A DNA stretch of 64,000 nt from assembly GCA_036337435.1 (NCBI GenBank), contig JAYZEG010000062.1, positions 64,001-128,000 of the forward strand, given 5' to 3'. A program made the translations under genes and the position numbers. Below are positions 31,390 through 40,563 of the stretch, one piece after another (the first letter of the stretch is position 1; each line of letters starts with the position of its first letter). This DNA is from Myxococcota bacterium (GTDB lineage Bacteria; Myxococcota_A; Bradymonadia; UBA7976; UBA1532). The notes under the pieces are model-generated. The model was not told the DNA's origin and did not search any database. It worked only from the letters and a program-made list of their open reading frames with translations.

Positions 31390-32535
31390 TTATGGCTGTG
31401 AGGGATCATTTGTTTCGTTCAGCCAGTCGATTGCCCGCCTCACAATTTGGAATTCATGAAGTGCTTGGCCACCTCGGGTTGGGCGCGCATCATCGGCGTA
31501 AATGGCCCATTGTATGCTGGCCCCATTGATCACTTGAGCGAGATTATTCTTATGCAAGCAGACCCAAACACTCAGGCCGTAGACCTCTTGGCTCGGAAAG
31601 AGCGGTGTCGGGTGATATCTGGAATAGGTCAAAGACCCAGAGTTCTGGGTATAATGGGTCTCGCCAAGGACTTTCATTCGGCGGCGAACATCCGAGCCAG
31701 CAAATGGTCTCGGAATGATGAGGTCCAATCCAACATGCCTGGCCAAAGTGCGACCCCGATTGGACACAAAGAGACGGAATTGGATAAAGGCGCGTGGTCC
31801 CCTTGGGTCAGATGTGTCCGTTTGTAGCTTTCCATAGGGGCCAAATCGGGCCAGTTCGATCTTTGGATGAAACGTGCGTCGTAAGACATCTTGGACATGC
31901 ACATGGCCCATTGGCCGACTCTTGCCTGCGATTCTCAAATAGTATCGGTGGTCTTTCGCTTGATGTGGTGCATCTGGACTGGCTGATATTTCAATTACAT
32001 AGATTCCATGACCTGGTTTGATCAGACTTTTTGAGTCCATTCGAGGTGAGACCTCGAACACATTACAGCGGGGTAACGGCGGATCGACACAGGCGGCAAT
32101 CAAGTCTTCAAGCCAGGCCCGTGTACCCCCTTTTAATTCTGTAGGAACACCTCCATCGATTTGCCCTGTATCGTCGATTCCGACAAATAGGAGTCCACCA
32201 GAGCCATTGGCAAAAGCCGACGCTTGTTTCGATAGAAAAAACAGGAAATCCGGTTGAATTTCTTGGGGACTCTTCATCAGCCAGCCAGAGCCTTTGAATT
32301 CTTGAAAGTCATGCTCATGGGGTTCGAGCCCCAAGAGCATTTGTTCTGTCCAAGATTCTGCGCGAGTCAGAGTCTCAGGGGTCTGTGTTGAGTCTAGATT
32401 CACGGCTGATAGAATTGAGCGTGTCGACGCGCGGGTGGTTTCAACCTCCGGTGGTCTGACTGACGGTTTTGCGTCTGCCTCTGCCTTGTTTTCGGACGTT
32501 TGCTGCCCGTCATCTTTGTTTGTGCTATCAGTCAA
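31390..32535 (-). CDS. Schlafen/AlbA_2 domain protein
   Basis: EHDFQEFK, SAFANGSGGLLFVGIDD, PHQ...YYLR motifs and a C-terminal beta-rich domain. Start uncertain. Confidence 0.82.
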   Translation of the reverse strand: MTDSTNKDDGQQTSENKAEADAKPSVRPPEVETTRASTRSILSAVNLDSTQTPETLTRAESWTEQMLLGLEPHEHDFQEFKGSGWLMKSPQEIQPDFLFFLSKQASAFANGSGGLLFVGIDDTGQIDGGVPTELKGGTRAWLEDLIAACVDPPLPRCNVFEVSPRMDSKSLIKPGHGIYVIEISASPDAPHQAKDHRYYLRIAGKSRPMGHVHVQDVLRRTFHPKIELARFGPYGKLQTDTSDPRGPRAFIQFRLFVSNRGRTLARHVGLDLIIPRPFAGSDVRRRMKVLGETHYTQNSGSLTYSRYHPTPLFPSQEVYGLSVWVCLHKNNLAQVINGASIQWAIYADDARPTRGGQALHEFQIVRRAIDWLNETNDPSQP

Positions 32536-32642
32536 AAAAAACTCGGCCTGTTTGGTTCATTTCGGTCGCTTTGATCGTGACCGCATTGCGGCTCATTGGC
32601 AAAGGTAAATTTATTGGCCGGCCGCTCGCTTAGGGTCTACGG

Positions 32643-33461
32643 ATGACAGATTTGCTACTGAAGGAAAAATTTGACAGCGAGGGGTATGTTGTCCTCCCGT
32701 CCGTCATTGACCCCGATTTGTGTCGAGAGGCGAGGACACGGTCGTGGAACATCGTCAATGATTTTGCGCCAGACAACGTCACCGCACCCTTTACGACGGA
32801 TCCAAATAAACGATACGTCGACCGTTATTTTCTGGATTCAGCTCGAGCAATTTCAGTCTTCTATGAAGATCCAGACATCGTGGGTGGCGAAATCCGGCGA
32901 CCCAACAAAATTGGACACGCACTTCATGAACGAGATGATTTTTTCTCTCGTTTTGCTCGGTTACCGGCGATTCAAGGTGCGGTTGCCAGTCTCGGTATAC
33001 AGAGTCCCAAGTTAATTCAATCAATGGTGGTCTTTAAGACAGCTGATGGGGGTGGGTCAGTCAATTGGCATCGTGATGCCACATTCTTGTATGCAGAACC
33101 GTATCCAATTCTCGGCATCTGGATCGCGTTGGAGCCAGCGGCTCTCGAGAATGGTTGCCTCCAAGTCTATCCACGGTCCCACTTAGGCGAGTTGGACACC
33201 CGATATATCAGGCAGTCCGATGACTCGTGCCTGTTTAAAAAGCTGTCGGACTCCTCGCCGTCTTCTCATCAAGCGTCGGCCATCGAAGTCGACACAGGTT
33301 CAATGGTTCTCATGCATGGCCATCTTGCCCATGCGAGCATGCCTAATCGTTCATCACGTTCGAGATTGGCCTTTACGCTTCATGTTCTCGATGGACGAAG
33401 CCATTACGCATCAGACAATTGGTTGCGTTCATCTGCTGACGCCCCATTCAATGGCTTCTAG
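32643..33461 (+). CDS. Phytanoyl-CoA dioxygenase family (PhyH/PHYHD1-like) Fe(II)/2-oxoglutarate oxygenase
   Basis: NKIGHALH, HxD motif in WHRDATFLY, WIALE..ENGCL, distal His and Arg in HASMPNRSSRSR. Confidence 0.9.
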   Translation: MTDLLLKEKFDSEGYVVLPSVIDPDLCREARTRSWNIVNDFAPDNVTAPFTTDPNKRYVDRYFLDSARAISVFYEDPDIVGGEIRRPNKIGHALHERDDFFSRFARLPAIQGAVASLGIQSPKLIQSMVVFKTADGGGSVNWHRDATFLYAEPYPILGIWIALEPAALENGCLQVYPRSHLGELDTRYIRQSDDSCLFKKLSDSSPSSHQASAIEVDTGSMVLMHGHLAHASMPNRSSRSRLAFTLHVLDGRSHYASDNWLRSSADAPFNGF

Positions 33462-33505
33462 GTCTATTTGAACCATGGTCTGGGTATTTGAGGCCATCGT
33501 TCAAT

Positions 33506-36500
33506 TTAAGGCGTGCTGGCTTTCGGTATTCGGTATCGTTTGAATAGACTGATATTGTCCCTCAGTGACGATTCATACGGTCTGACATTGGCCCGCGGAG
33601 TCGAGTACTCTAAGAGATGGTTATTGTCGCTTGAGATCAAGTCCAATGCATTGATACCGGCCTCACTCATACCCATAAGAAACCTGTCGAGTTCGCGTGG
33701 GTTGAGCAATAAATTCTGGCTGAGTTCGGGCAGTTTTCCTCCAAATAAATCGAGAAGCGGTTTCAAATTTGGAACTCGAGTCAACGCTTCGCCAATCTTC
33801 GGGTTGGGTGGACATGGCTCGGTACAAGCGACCATCATGCCTTGACCGCCGACCATATACAGCCAGACATCATCAAATTCATTTCTCATTGTCGCAATGA
33901 TTGAAACGAGGTCTGTCGCACTGAGTCGGTGTAATTGAATCCACTGTTGGAATACTCCTTTTGGACGCAGCCTCTTTTTTGCGAGCTGATAGAATTCTGA
34001 GTTGTATAGCGACGCAGCCCCAGCAAACCAGATACTGCTGACTTCGATGCTGATGAGGTCGTATTTATTTTCTGTCAGCATCAAATAATTTCGACCATCG
34101 GTGACGTAGGTGTTTACGCCTTCGCGTGACAAGACCTTGCCATTTTTTCGAGCAAAATAGGTTTTGGCCAGACGCAACAAATCTTCACTAAGTTCGACGA
34201 TGTCGACAGTTGCATAACCACCATCATGCAGGGTTCTGGCCGTGACTCCCGTCCCAAAACCGACAACCAAACTACGCGCTCTCTTATCCGTATGCATCAT
34301 GGGGACTAATCCGAAACCAACTTGGGCACGCATTTCACGTTTATTTGATGAATCGCCCTGGAATTTTCCGTTGGTCAACAGCGTGTAAATCACCTCGCCT
34401 TGTTCATCTTCCGAGCGTTGAACTGTGGTGAGTCCACCGTCTAGACTCTCTGCATAATCAATGACGTCTCCATAGCCCTGACCATGGAAGTAAACATTCG
34501 CACCGGTGGCCAACTGATTCATGTTAAACCCGTCAGGCAGACATGGGAAAAGGGCCATGCAAAGGAGCAGTGGGAGGACCAAGCGTCGCCGTTCTACAGG
34601 CGGCAAACTCCAAGCAACCAGGACGCTCAACCCAAGTGCGATTCCGGCGATGAGCTCAAGGGTCGAGAAAGAACCCAAACCGGGTATAAGTACGAATCCG
34701 CCGATCAACGCACCAATAATGTTGCCTAGCGTATTACTCGCGGACGCACGTCCGAGTGCCAGGAGCCGAATTTTAGGCCAAGCCTGTCCGACAAGCTCCA
34801 TTGAGAACGGGTAAGCCATGCCGATCAAAGTGCTCACAGGAAGCATGGTCAAAGCACAGGTTACGAAGCGCACGAACTCGCGTTTCTCAAAGGTCTTTGT
34901 GTCGCCATATTGCGAGAAGCTTTCAAAATAGCCCGGAATTTGATCCCACCAGAACAAGCCCAAAACGATGACGAAAGCCATACCAAGGTAGCTGTACGCC
35001 AATCCGATGCCGGCGGAGATATCTTTATCGAGCAGGCGCTTGCTCACGCTTGCACCTCCGCCCAGGCCGACGAGAAAACAGAAAAGCATGAGCGCAAAGG
35101 CATAGACGCTATTGCCGGCGACTACAGCCAACAGATGGATGTATGTTGACTCTAACGCGAGAGTCAGGATGCCGCCGATCATCAGGACAAAAACAGCGAC
35201 TTTACCTCGACTCAATTGTGCGGAGCTGGCCCCGTCTACGTTGACTTGCCTCGTGTCTGTGGTCGCGGATAGCAAAGGGAACTGATCGTCGTCTCGATCG
35301 CTTTGTTGTCGCAGCAGGATTTTGCTTATCCAAAGGGCGGCCAGAGCAGCGATGAGGTTCATGGCCACAGCGAGACCTGTGGCCCCCTGACTGCCCAACG
35401 TGGGTAACAGGAGGTATCCCGTGGCGAGTGCACCGACTGCAGCCCCCAACGTGTTGGCACTGTATAGGCGCCCGACCGAGCTGCCGAAATGCTCATTCTT
35501 CTCTTCAAAATACGCTGTCAAAACCGGCAGGGTCATGCCCATTAAAATCGTGGGTGGTGTTAGAATGAGCAGCCCAAATACAAGTTGAATAGCGACAAAT
35601 TTTGGTTCTGAGGGGTCGCCGCCAGCGGCGACGGTGATGTACATATCTTTGATCAGCTCAAAGAGCCATGGTGTGAGAATGCACCATATTGCAATGCCAA
35701 CCTCGCAGACCATGTAGACTCTAATTGGGTCATGCTTGGCATTGGCAACCCGGCCACCGACCCAAGACCCAATTGCAATGCCCGCCATGAAAGCTGTCAG
35801 AACGGTCGCGGACGCAGTTCCCATGCTGCCAAAGGTCAGTGCCAAAGCCTTTGCAAACACGACTTGATACACCAATGCGGCAAATCCAGATGCAAAGAAC
35901 ATGCTGCCGATCCACGGTGCAAATCGATCTCGTTTTGGCGGGATGGCATCTGTTGGGGCCATCCTGATATCGAGACTGTTAACAGACGGCCTAAGTTCGT
36001 TTAGTGACATGACGAAATGGACGATGGTGATACCGGCAAACAGCCAGGTCAACCAGCTTTGATCCCTCATGATGACAGGGGCGTAGATGACCGCGGCACA
36101 CCAGGCCACGAATAGGATCGCCGCGTATCGTACTTTTGCAATTCGTCTCGGTCCAGGATGGATCAAACTCAAAATGCCAATGACAAGGGGACCTGCTGCG
36201 AGTAGGTCAACGATGTAATGGAGACCTAAGGCAATGGTTGCGAGGAGAGTAAGCCCGAGGAAAATCGCTGCCAGAGAAAAAACCAGGCGTCCGAGTGGCC
36301 TCGCGTAAGCCAGTACCACTAAGGCCCAGGCCGTGTGAAGGGATGGAAAACAATTTCGATACTCCGGTATCGCCAAATAGCGAATTGCTTTCATCTTCTC
36401 TGCATTCGGCGGGTCACCTGGAAATCCCGATCTGAAGAAGTAGGTGGGTCCGACCACTGGAATGATGTGATAGAGGGCGAATCCAGCCACGCCGACCCAT

Positions 36501-37249
36501 AGAAATGCGGATAAGATGCCGCTTTCATTTTGCCCTTTTAGACGCTTCGATATGACAAAAACAGCAGCAGCAGCAGCCGGCAAATGCATGTAAATGAGGA
36601 CAAGCAAGCCGCGGAGTATAGGCATGGACGCCACGCCAGCGGCGATCTGAAATGAGGGAGCGTCGAAAAATGCAGAGTCGATCATGTAGACCGATGCATC
36701 GAACACCCGTGGGTGTAAGATACGAGTGAGGCCAACAAAACTGATACTTGCCGCGATGAAGCCGGGGAGAAGGTACATTTTTCCGAGGACGTTGGCTTTT
36801 CGATTCGACCCAAGTGTTTGCAGACCGAACTGGGTCACAATGGCCGTTAAACCAAGGCCGGTGCCCAGGTTGAGCAGGACTTGGTACAGCGTATGAGAGC
36901 CACCAGGGCGGTACCGGCTAAGAGCAATATCGACGCTTAAGCCCACAACGGTAACCAGTATGCACGTCTTGATGCCGGGTTTTTGGCTCAGGAAAATTAA
37001 AAATGAGCCGAGTAGTGCTGAACTTAGAAAAGGAGAACCGTTACCAAACAAACCAAGAACATGCTTGTGCGGTGGATCGACGACAGCCGCCAGACCGAGG
37101 ATTTCACCAACCAAGATCAAGGCGATGAGGGTGATGGTCCAACCGCCAATAGACTGTTCATAAAGACTCGCATTTGAGTCCAGCTGTGTCTCTGTTGATT
37201 CTGTGGCGGACGGACTAGACATTGATCTCGGTTGACCTTGGTCGTTCAC
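33506..37249 (-). CDS. Fusion of PAP2 (AUR1/IPC-synthase-like) membrane domain, multi-TM domain and spermidine-synthase-like SAM-fold domain
   Basis: PAP2 motifs YHIIPVVGP, CFPSLH and HYIVD. Central MFFASGFAALVYQVV...LYSANTLGAAVG membrane repeats. C-terminal LVVGFGTGVT, DIVEL, DGRNYL, LYNSEFY. Confidence 0.82.
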   Translation of the reverse strand: MNDQGQPRSMSSPSATESTETQLDSNASLYEQSIGGWTITLIALILVGEILGLAAVVDPPHKHVLGLFGNGSPFLSSALLGSFLIFLSQKPGIKTCILVTVVGLSVDIALSRYRPGGSHTLYQVLLNLGTGLGLTAIVTQFGLQTLGSNRKANVLGKMYLLPGFIAASISFVGLTRILHPRVFDASVYMIDSAFFDAPSFQIAAGVASMPILRGLLVLIYMHLPAAAAAVFVISKRLKGQNESGILSAFLWVGVAGFALYHIIPVVGPTYFFRSGFPGDPPNAEKMKAIRYLAIPEYRNCFPSLHTAWALVVLAYARPLGRLVFSLAAIFLGLTLLATIALGLHYIVDLLAAGPLVIGILSLIHPGPRRIAKVRYAAILFVAWCAAVIYAPVIMRDQSWLTWLFAGITIVHFVMSLNELRPSVNSLDIRMAPTDAIPPKRDRFAPWIGSMFFASGFAALVYQVVFAKALALTFGSMGTASATVLTAFMAGIAIGSWVGGRVANAKHDPIRVYMVCEVGIAIWCILTPWLFELIKDMYITVAAGGDPSEPKFVAIQLVFGLLILTPPTILMGMTLPVLTAYFEEKNEHFGSSVGRLYSANTLGAAVGALATGYLLLPTLGSQGATGLAVAMNLIAALAALWISKILLRQQSDRDDDQFPLLSATTDTRQVNVDGASSAQLSRGKVAVFVLMIGGILTLALESTYIHLLAVVAGNSVYAFALMLFCFLVGLGGGASVSKRLLDKDISAGIGLAYSYLGMAFVIVLGLFWWDQIPGYFESFSQYGDTKTFEKREFVRFVTCALTMLPVSTLIGMAYPFSMELVGQAWPKIRLLALGRASASNTLGNIIGALIGGFVLIPGLGSFSTLELIAGIALGLSVLVAWSLPPVERRRLVLPLLLCMALFPCLPDGFNMNQLATGANVYFHGQGYGDVIDYAESLDGGLTTVQRSEDEQGEVIYTLLTNGKFQGDSSNKREMRAQVGFGLVPMMHTDKRARSLVVGFGTGVTARTLHDGGYATVDIVELSEDLLRLAKTYFARKNGKVLSREGVNTYVTDGRNYLMLTENKYDLISIEVSSIWFAGAASLYNSEFYQLAKKRLRPKGVFQQWIQLHRLSATDLVSIIATMRNEFDDVWLYMVGGQGMMVACTEPCPPNPKIGEALTRVPNLKPLLDLFGGKLPELSQNLLLNPRELDRFLMGMSEAGINALDLISSDNNHLLEYSTPRANVRPYESSLRDNISLFKRYRIPKASTP

Positions 37250-37311
37250 ATTGCAAATGCAGACCCTTATTGCACCTTTGGGACGCCATGTCGATCAGCA
37301 GAAACGTAGCC

Positions 37312-37548
37312 CTATCTGATCGGCTGTCCTCGTCCAACCAATTCAGTCAGGAGGCTTTGAAACCGTTCCTTGGAGATCGATATTTTTTCGCAGACGCGTC
37401 CGTAGAGCATTAAGGTCGGAATGGAGCGACCGGGCCTCTCTTTTTGTGCTTCGTGCAAGGTGTACAAAATGACCCGTTGTTCTCGCGTAAGGCCATCTCG
37501 CACATCTGGCAGTTGATGGGGATTCACATAAGCCCGATTATCATTCAC
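37312..37548 (-). CDS. Small hypothetical protein with GyrA/ParC N-terminal-like motif
   Basis: From GTG 37548: ..LPDVRDGLTREQRVILYTL..LMLYGRV.., 78 aa. The longer ORF from 37728 overlaps the divergent gene start. Confidence 0.7.
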   Translation of the reverse strand: MNDNRAYVNPHQLPDVRDGLTREQRVILYTLHEAQKERPGRSIPTLMLYGRVCEKISISKERFQSLLTELVGRGQPIR

Positions 37549-37699
37549 GTGTGGGCCTTTCAAAAAACAGAGATTGACTTTGTTGCGATCTTTGGGTGTT
37601 TGATGGGGTGAGTGTACACATTTCTGCACTGGGAGTATTCTGTATTCGAAACCGGAAACACTCCGTATCCGAACCTGACCGACGAGTGGATTTATTGAT

Positions 37700-39742
37700 T
37701 TGTTTTGGTTCTTAATCGCTATCACCATCGCTTTGGGCGCCGTCTACGGAGGGTGGAGATGGTCGATTTTGCTCGGGTGTGCTGCGGCCGTTCTCGCATT
37801 GGCTCGACAGGGTGAACCAACCACTCAACCCCCGTCGGTCGTTCGAATCAAAGCTAATGAAACAGGCACGGGGCAGAAAACATGTCGGCGATGTCACCCA
37901 GCTGAATGGAAAACCTGGAATGCCAGTTACCACAAGACCATGACTCAGCTGCCATCCGACGAGACAGTTCTCGCGCCATTCAAGCAGGACTTGAATGGAT
38001 TGTCCGGACGTTGGCGCCTATTTCAGGATGAGGGTCTCTACAAGGCGGAACACACGGAACCCAATGGCCGCGTGAAGACGGCGACGGTGGCGCTGCTGAC
38101 CGGGTCTCATCACATGCAGAACTACTGGTTATCGGTTGGAGACGGCTGGTTGATACAGCTTCCTTGGGTCTGGTGGATTAAAGGGCAGCGATGGATTCCC
38201 GTCGAAATGTCTTTTCTGAGGCCAGCGCCTACAGGCCCGGAGCCGCCATCAGTTTGGAACGATGAATGCGTATACTGTCATACGACGAGTGGATTTCGCG
38301 GGGCGGACCGTGCTGCAAATACAACCCAAAGCCAAGTCGATGAGTTAGGCATATCGTGTGAGTCTTGTCATGGGTCCGCAACCGCTCATGTTGCTCATTA
38401 TCAAAGTCCCATCAATCGCTATTTGGGTTGGCTGAATCGGCCGGTAGAAAAGATTACGGCACCGCTCAAGCCAACCGATGACAGCATCAATGTTTGTGGT
38501 CAGTGCCATGGTTTGTTTGCCCACCTAAATGGGCGAGCGCGGGATCTCGCAGGCGATTCCCATAAGCCTGGAGACGACCTTGCCAAAACCAGAAAGTTTC
38601 TGCGCTTAACTCCGTCTCCTCTGGTCGGTAAACGCCCTATTTTAAAATCAAAAGAAGGCCGAGGGCCAACGGTGATTCGCGGCTCGAGCGGGCCCCTTCA
38701 TCTGGTCGGTTTAAGCACCGATGGATTACACCTGGTGGGTGGTCCGAAAACCCCACAAAATCTATCTGTTTTCGTTGGTGAGCTTGCATTGAATGGGGAA
38801 TTTGAGCCGTACTCAGGTGGTGGATTTCTGAGTGTGCCTACGTGGACCGACCGACAATGGTATGGGATTCTTGATGCCCTTGGATATTCAGGCGTTGCAT
38901 TCAAACCTTATGATTGGAATGCATTTTGGGATGACGGAACCATGCGCACGGCGGGCCGAGCCCTCAACGGTATGCTTGATTCGGCCTGTGCATCCGCGGG
39001 CAGCATGACCTGTTCGACTTGTCACACCATGCATGGTCATGAGCCTGATGATCAGCTCAAAGCTGGCTATCGAGGGAATAAAGCCTGTGAATCCTGTCAC
39101 AAAGCCTACGTAGACGATCCCGTTAGCCATAGTAATCACCCGCTGAGTGGTGGCGGAAGCGATTGCCAAAACTGCCATATGCCGCACACAACCTATGGCC
39201 TCTTGGGGGCATCTCGGACACATCGTGTGGAAAATCCTAGGCCGTTTTTAATGCAGCAGCGCGGCCGGCCCAATGCATGTAATTTATGTCACATGGATAA
39301 GTCGGTTCGTTGGGCTCAAAGTTGGACGGACAAATGGTATGGTAAAAAAGGCAAAGACATGCCTCTTGACCGCCGTCCGGCTTTGGATGAACCCGCGGGT
39401 TTAGTTTGGCTGCTCTCCGGTGACGCAGCCCAGAGAGCAATTGCCCTTTGGCATCTGGGGTGGGGATACACACGTGAGATAGCTGGCACTGATCGCTGGT
39501 TGGACCAATTGAAGCCGATCTTGAAATCTGACCCGTATGCAGCTGTGAGGGCCATTTTTGAACAAGTCCTAAAGACCGTACAGCCAGATGAAAAATACGA
39601 CTTTACGCAGTGGCCTGCAGACGGTCATCATCCTATGGAAAGAGCCGACCAAGGTAAGGCTGTTCCGACGGTACACACCGAATCCTTATACCAATCATTG
39701 CTTGAGGATCGGATCGACAGGCCCATCATCATCGCAGAGTAG
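37700..39742 (+). CDS. Membrane-anchored octaheme c-type cytochrome
   Basis: N-terminal hydrophobic segments and eight CxxCH motifs (CRRCH, CVYCH, CESCH, CGQCH, CSTCH, CESCH, CQNCH, CNLCH). C-terminus is helical and HEAT-like. Confidence 0.88.
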   Translation: MFWFLIAITIALGAVYGGWRWSILLGCAAAVLALARQGEPTTQPPSVVRIKANETGTGQKTCRRCHPAEWKTWNASYHKTMTQLPSDETVLAPFKQDLNGLSGRWRLFQDEGLYKAEHTEPNGRVKTATVALLTGSHHMQNYWLSVGDGWLIQLPWVWWIKGQRWIPVEMSFLRPAPTGPEPPSVWNDECVYCHTTSGFRGADRAANTTQSQVDELGISCESCHGSATAHVAHYQSPINRYLGWLNRPVEKITAPLKPTDDSINVCGQCHGLFAHLNGRARDLAGDSHKPGDDLAKTRKFLRLTPSPLVGKRPILKSKEGRGPTVIRGSSGPLHLVGLSTDGLHLVGGPKTPQNLSVFVGELALNGEFEPYSGGGFLSVPTWTDRQWYGILDALGYSGVAFKPYDWNAFWDDGTMRTAGRALNGMLDSACASAGSMTCSTCHTMHGHEPDDQLKAGYRGNKACESCHKAYVDDPVSHSNHPLSGGGSDCQNCHMPHTTYGLLGASRTHRVENPRPFLMQQRGRPNACNLCHMDKSVRWAQSWTDKWYGKKGKDMPLDRRPALDEPAGLVWLLSGDAAQRAIALWHLGWGYTREIAGTDRWLDQLKPILKSDPYAAVRAIFEQVLKTVQPDEKYDFTQWPADGHHPMERADQGKAVPTVHTESLYQSLLEDRIDRPIIIAE

Positions 39743-39776
39743 GTCTTTGCCAGCAAAAAATTGAAGTCTGGCTCGT

Positions 39777-40412
39777 TTATTTGACGATGTATTTGCTCTT
39801 ATCGGGACTTGGTTCGACGCTTGGGCTCGTTTTCTTTGGGCAGCCTTCTGCGTCCGGGTGGTCCTTGCAAAAATAGGCGACTGTGATGCCGAGATTACAC
39901 GCAACGCATTGGGCTTTCGCCTCGCGACAGCATGGATGATTAATCGCCCCGCTACACCCAGGCAGCTTTGGGTTATCTCGGCATATGACATTGATTGTTG
40001 TGCCCTTCTGACAGGCTAGGCACGTCGCGAATTCGTCTTTACAACAGTCGGGCTTTTCCTTTTCGGGTGGTGCACAGCCACTGGTCTCCGGTCTCTGAGC
40101 ACAATAATCCGCGATCGATACTTTTGCTTGGCATGCCAGGCATCGGACAGCAGGAATCTTGCAACATTCTTTAGATTTTATTTTCGTCATTAGCCGTTTA
40201 CGACAACGGTCTTTACACGCCCGTCTATTTGGTACACGTCGACACTTCGAGATGCACTTTTTGACGATTCTCAGAGTATGGCTGCTTTTCGTAGCACCAT
40301 CTGTTTTTGGTGTTCGAACTCGGATTTCAGCCTGCGAGAGACAGGTCAGCAGTGCAATAAAGAATAGAGATGTGGTGGCTAATAAAAACGGTCTTAATCT
40401 ACGGGAGTTCAT
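39777..40412 (-). CDS. Secreted Cys-rich repeat protein
   Basis: Signal peptide from MNSRRLRPFLL and three CC-x6-C-x2-C-x9-C-x8-C repeats. An upstream start at 40481 is possible. Confidence 0.75.
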   Translation of the reverse strand: MNSRRLRPFLLATTSLFFIALLTCLSQAEIRVRTPKTDGATKSSHTLRIVKKCISKCRRVPNRRACKDRCRKRLMTKIKSKECCKIPAVRCLACQAKVSIADYCAQRPETSGCAPPEKEKPDCCKDEFATCLACQKGTTINVICRDNPKLPGCSGAINHPCCREAKAQCVACNLGITVAYFCKDHPDAEGCPKKTSPSVEPSPDKSKYIVK

Positions 40413-40563
40413 GCTCTTTGAAATCCTATTCAGTCGTTGGCTGCTCCAGATTGAAAACGAACCTTTCGTATTCATATTCATTGTCCATTCGGTTGAAGGT
40501 CAAGAGAAACTACAGTGTAGACGTGCCCAGACTGCTCCGACGCATCAGAGACCCTGTCTCCGT

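Noticed and set aside
37700..39742. Calling the cytochrome NrfA or hydroxylamine oxidoreductase
   Set aside because: There is no CxxCK motif and no recognisable HAO features or partner genes.
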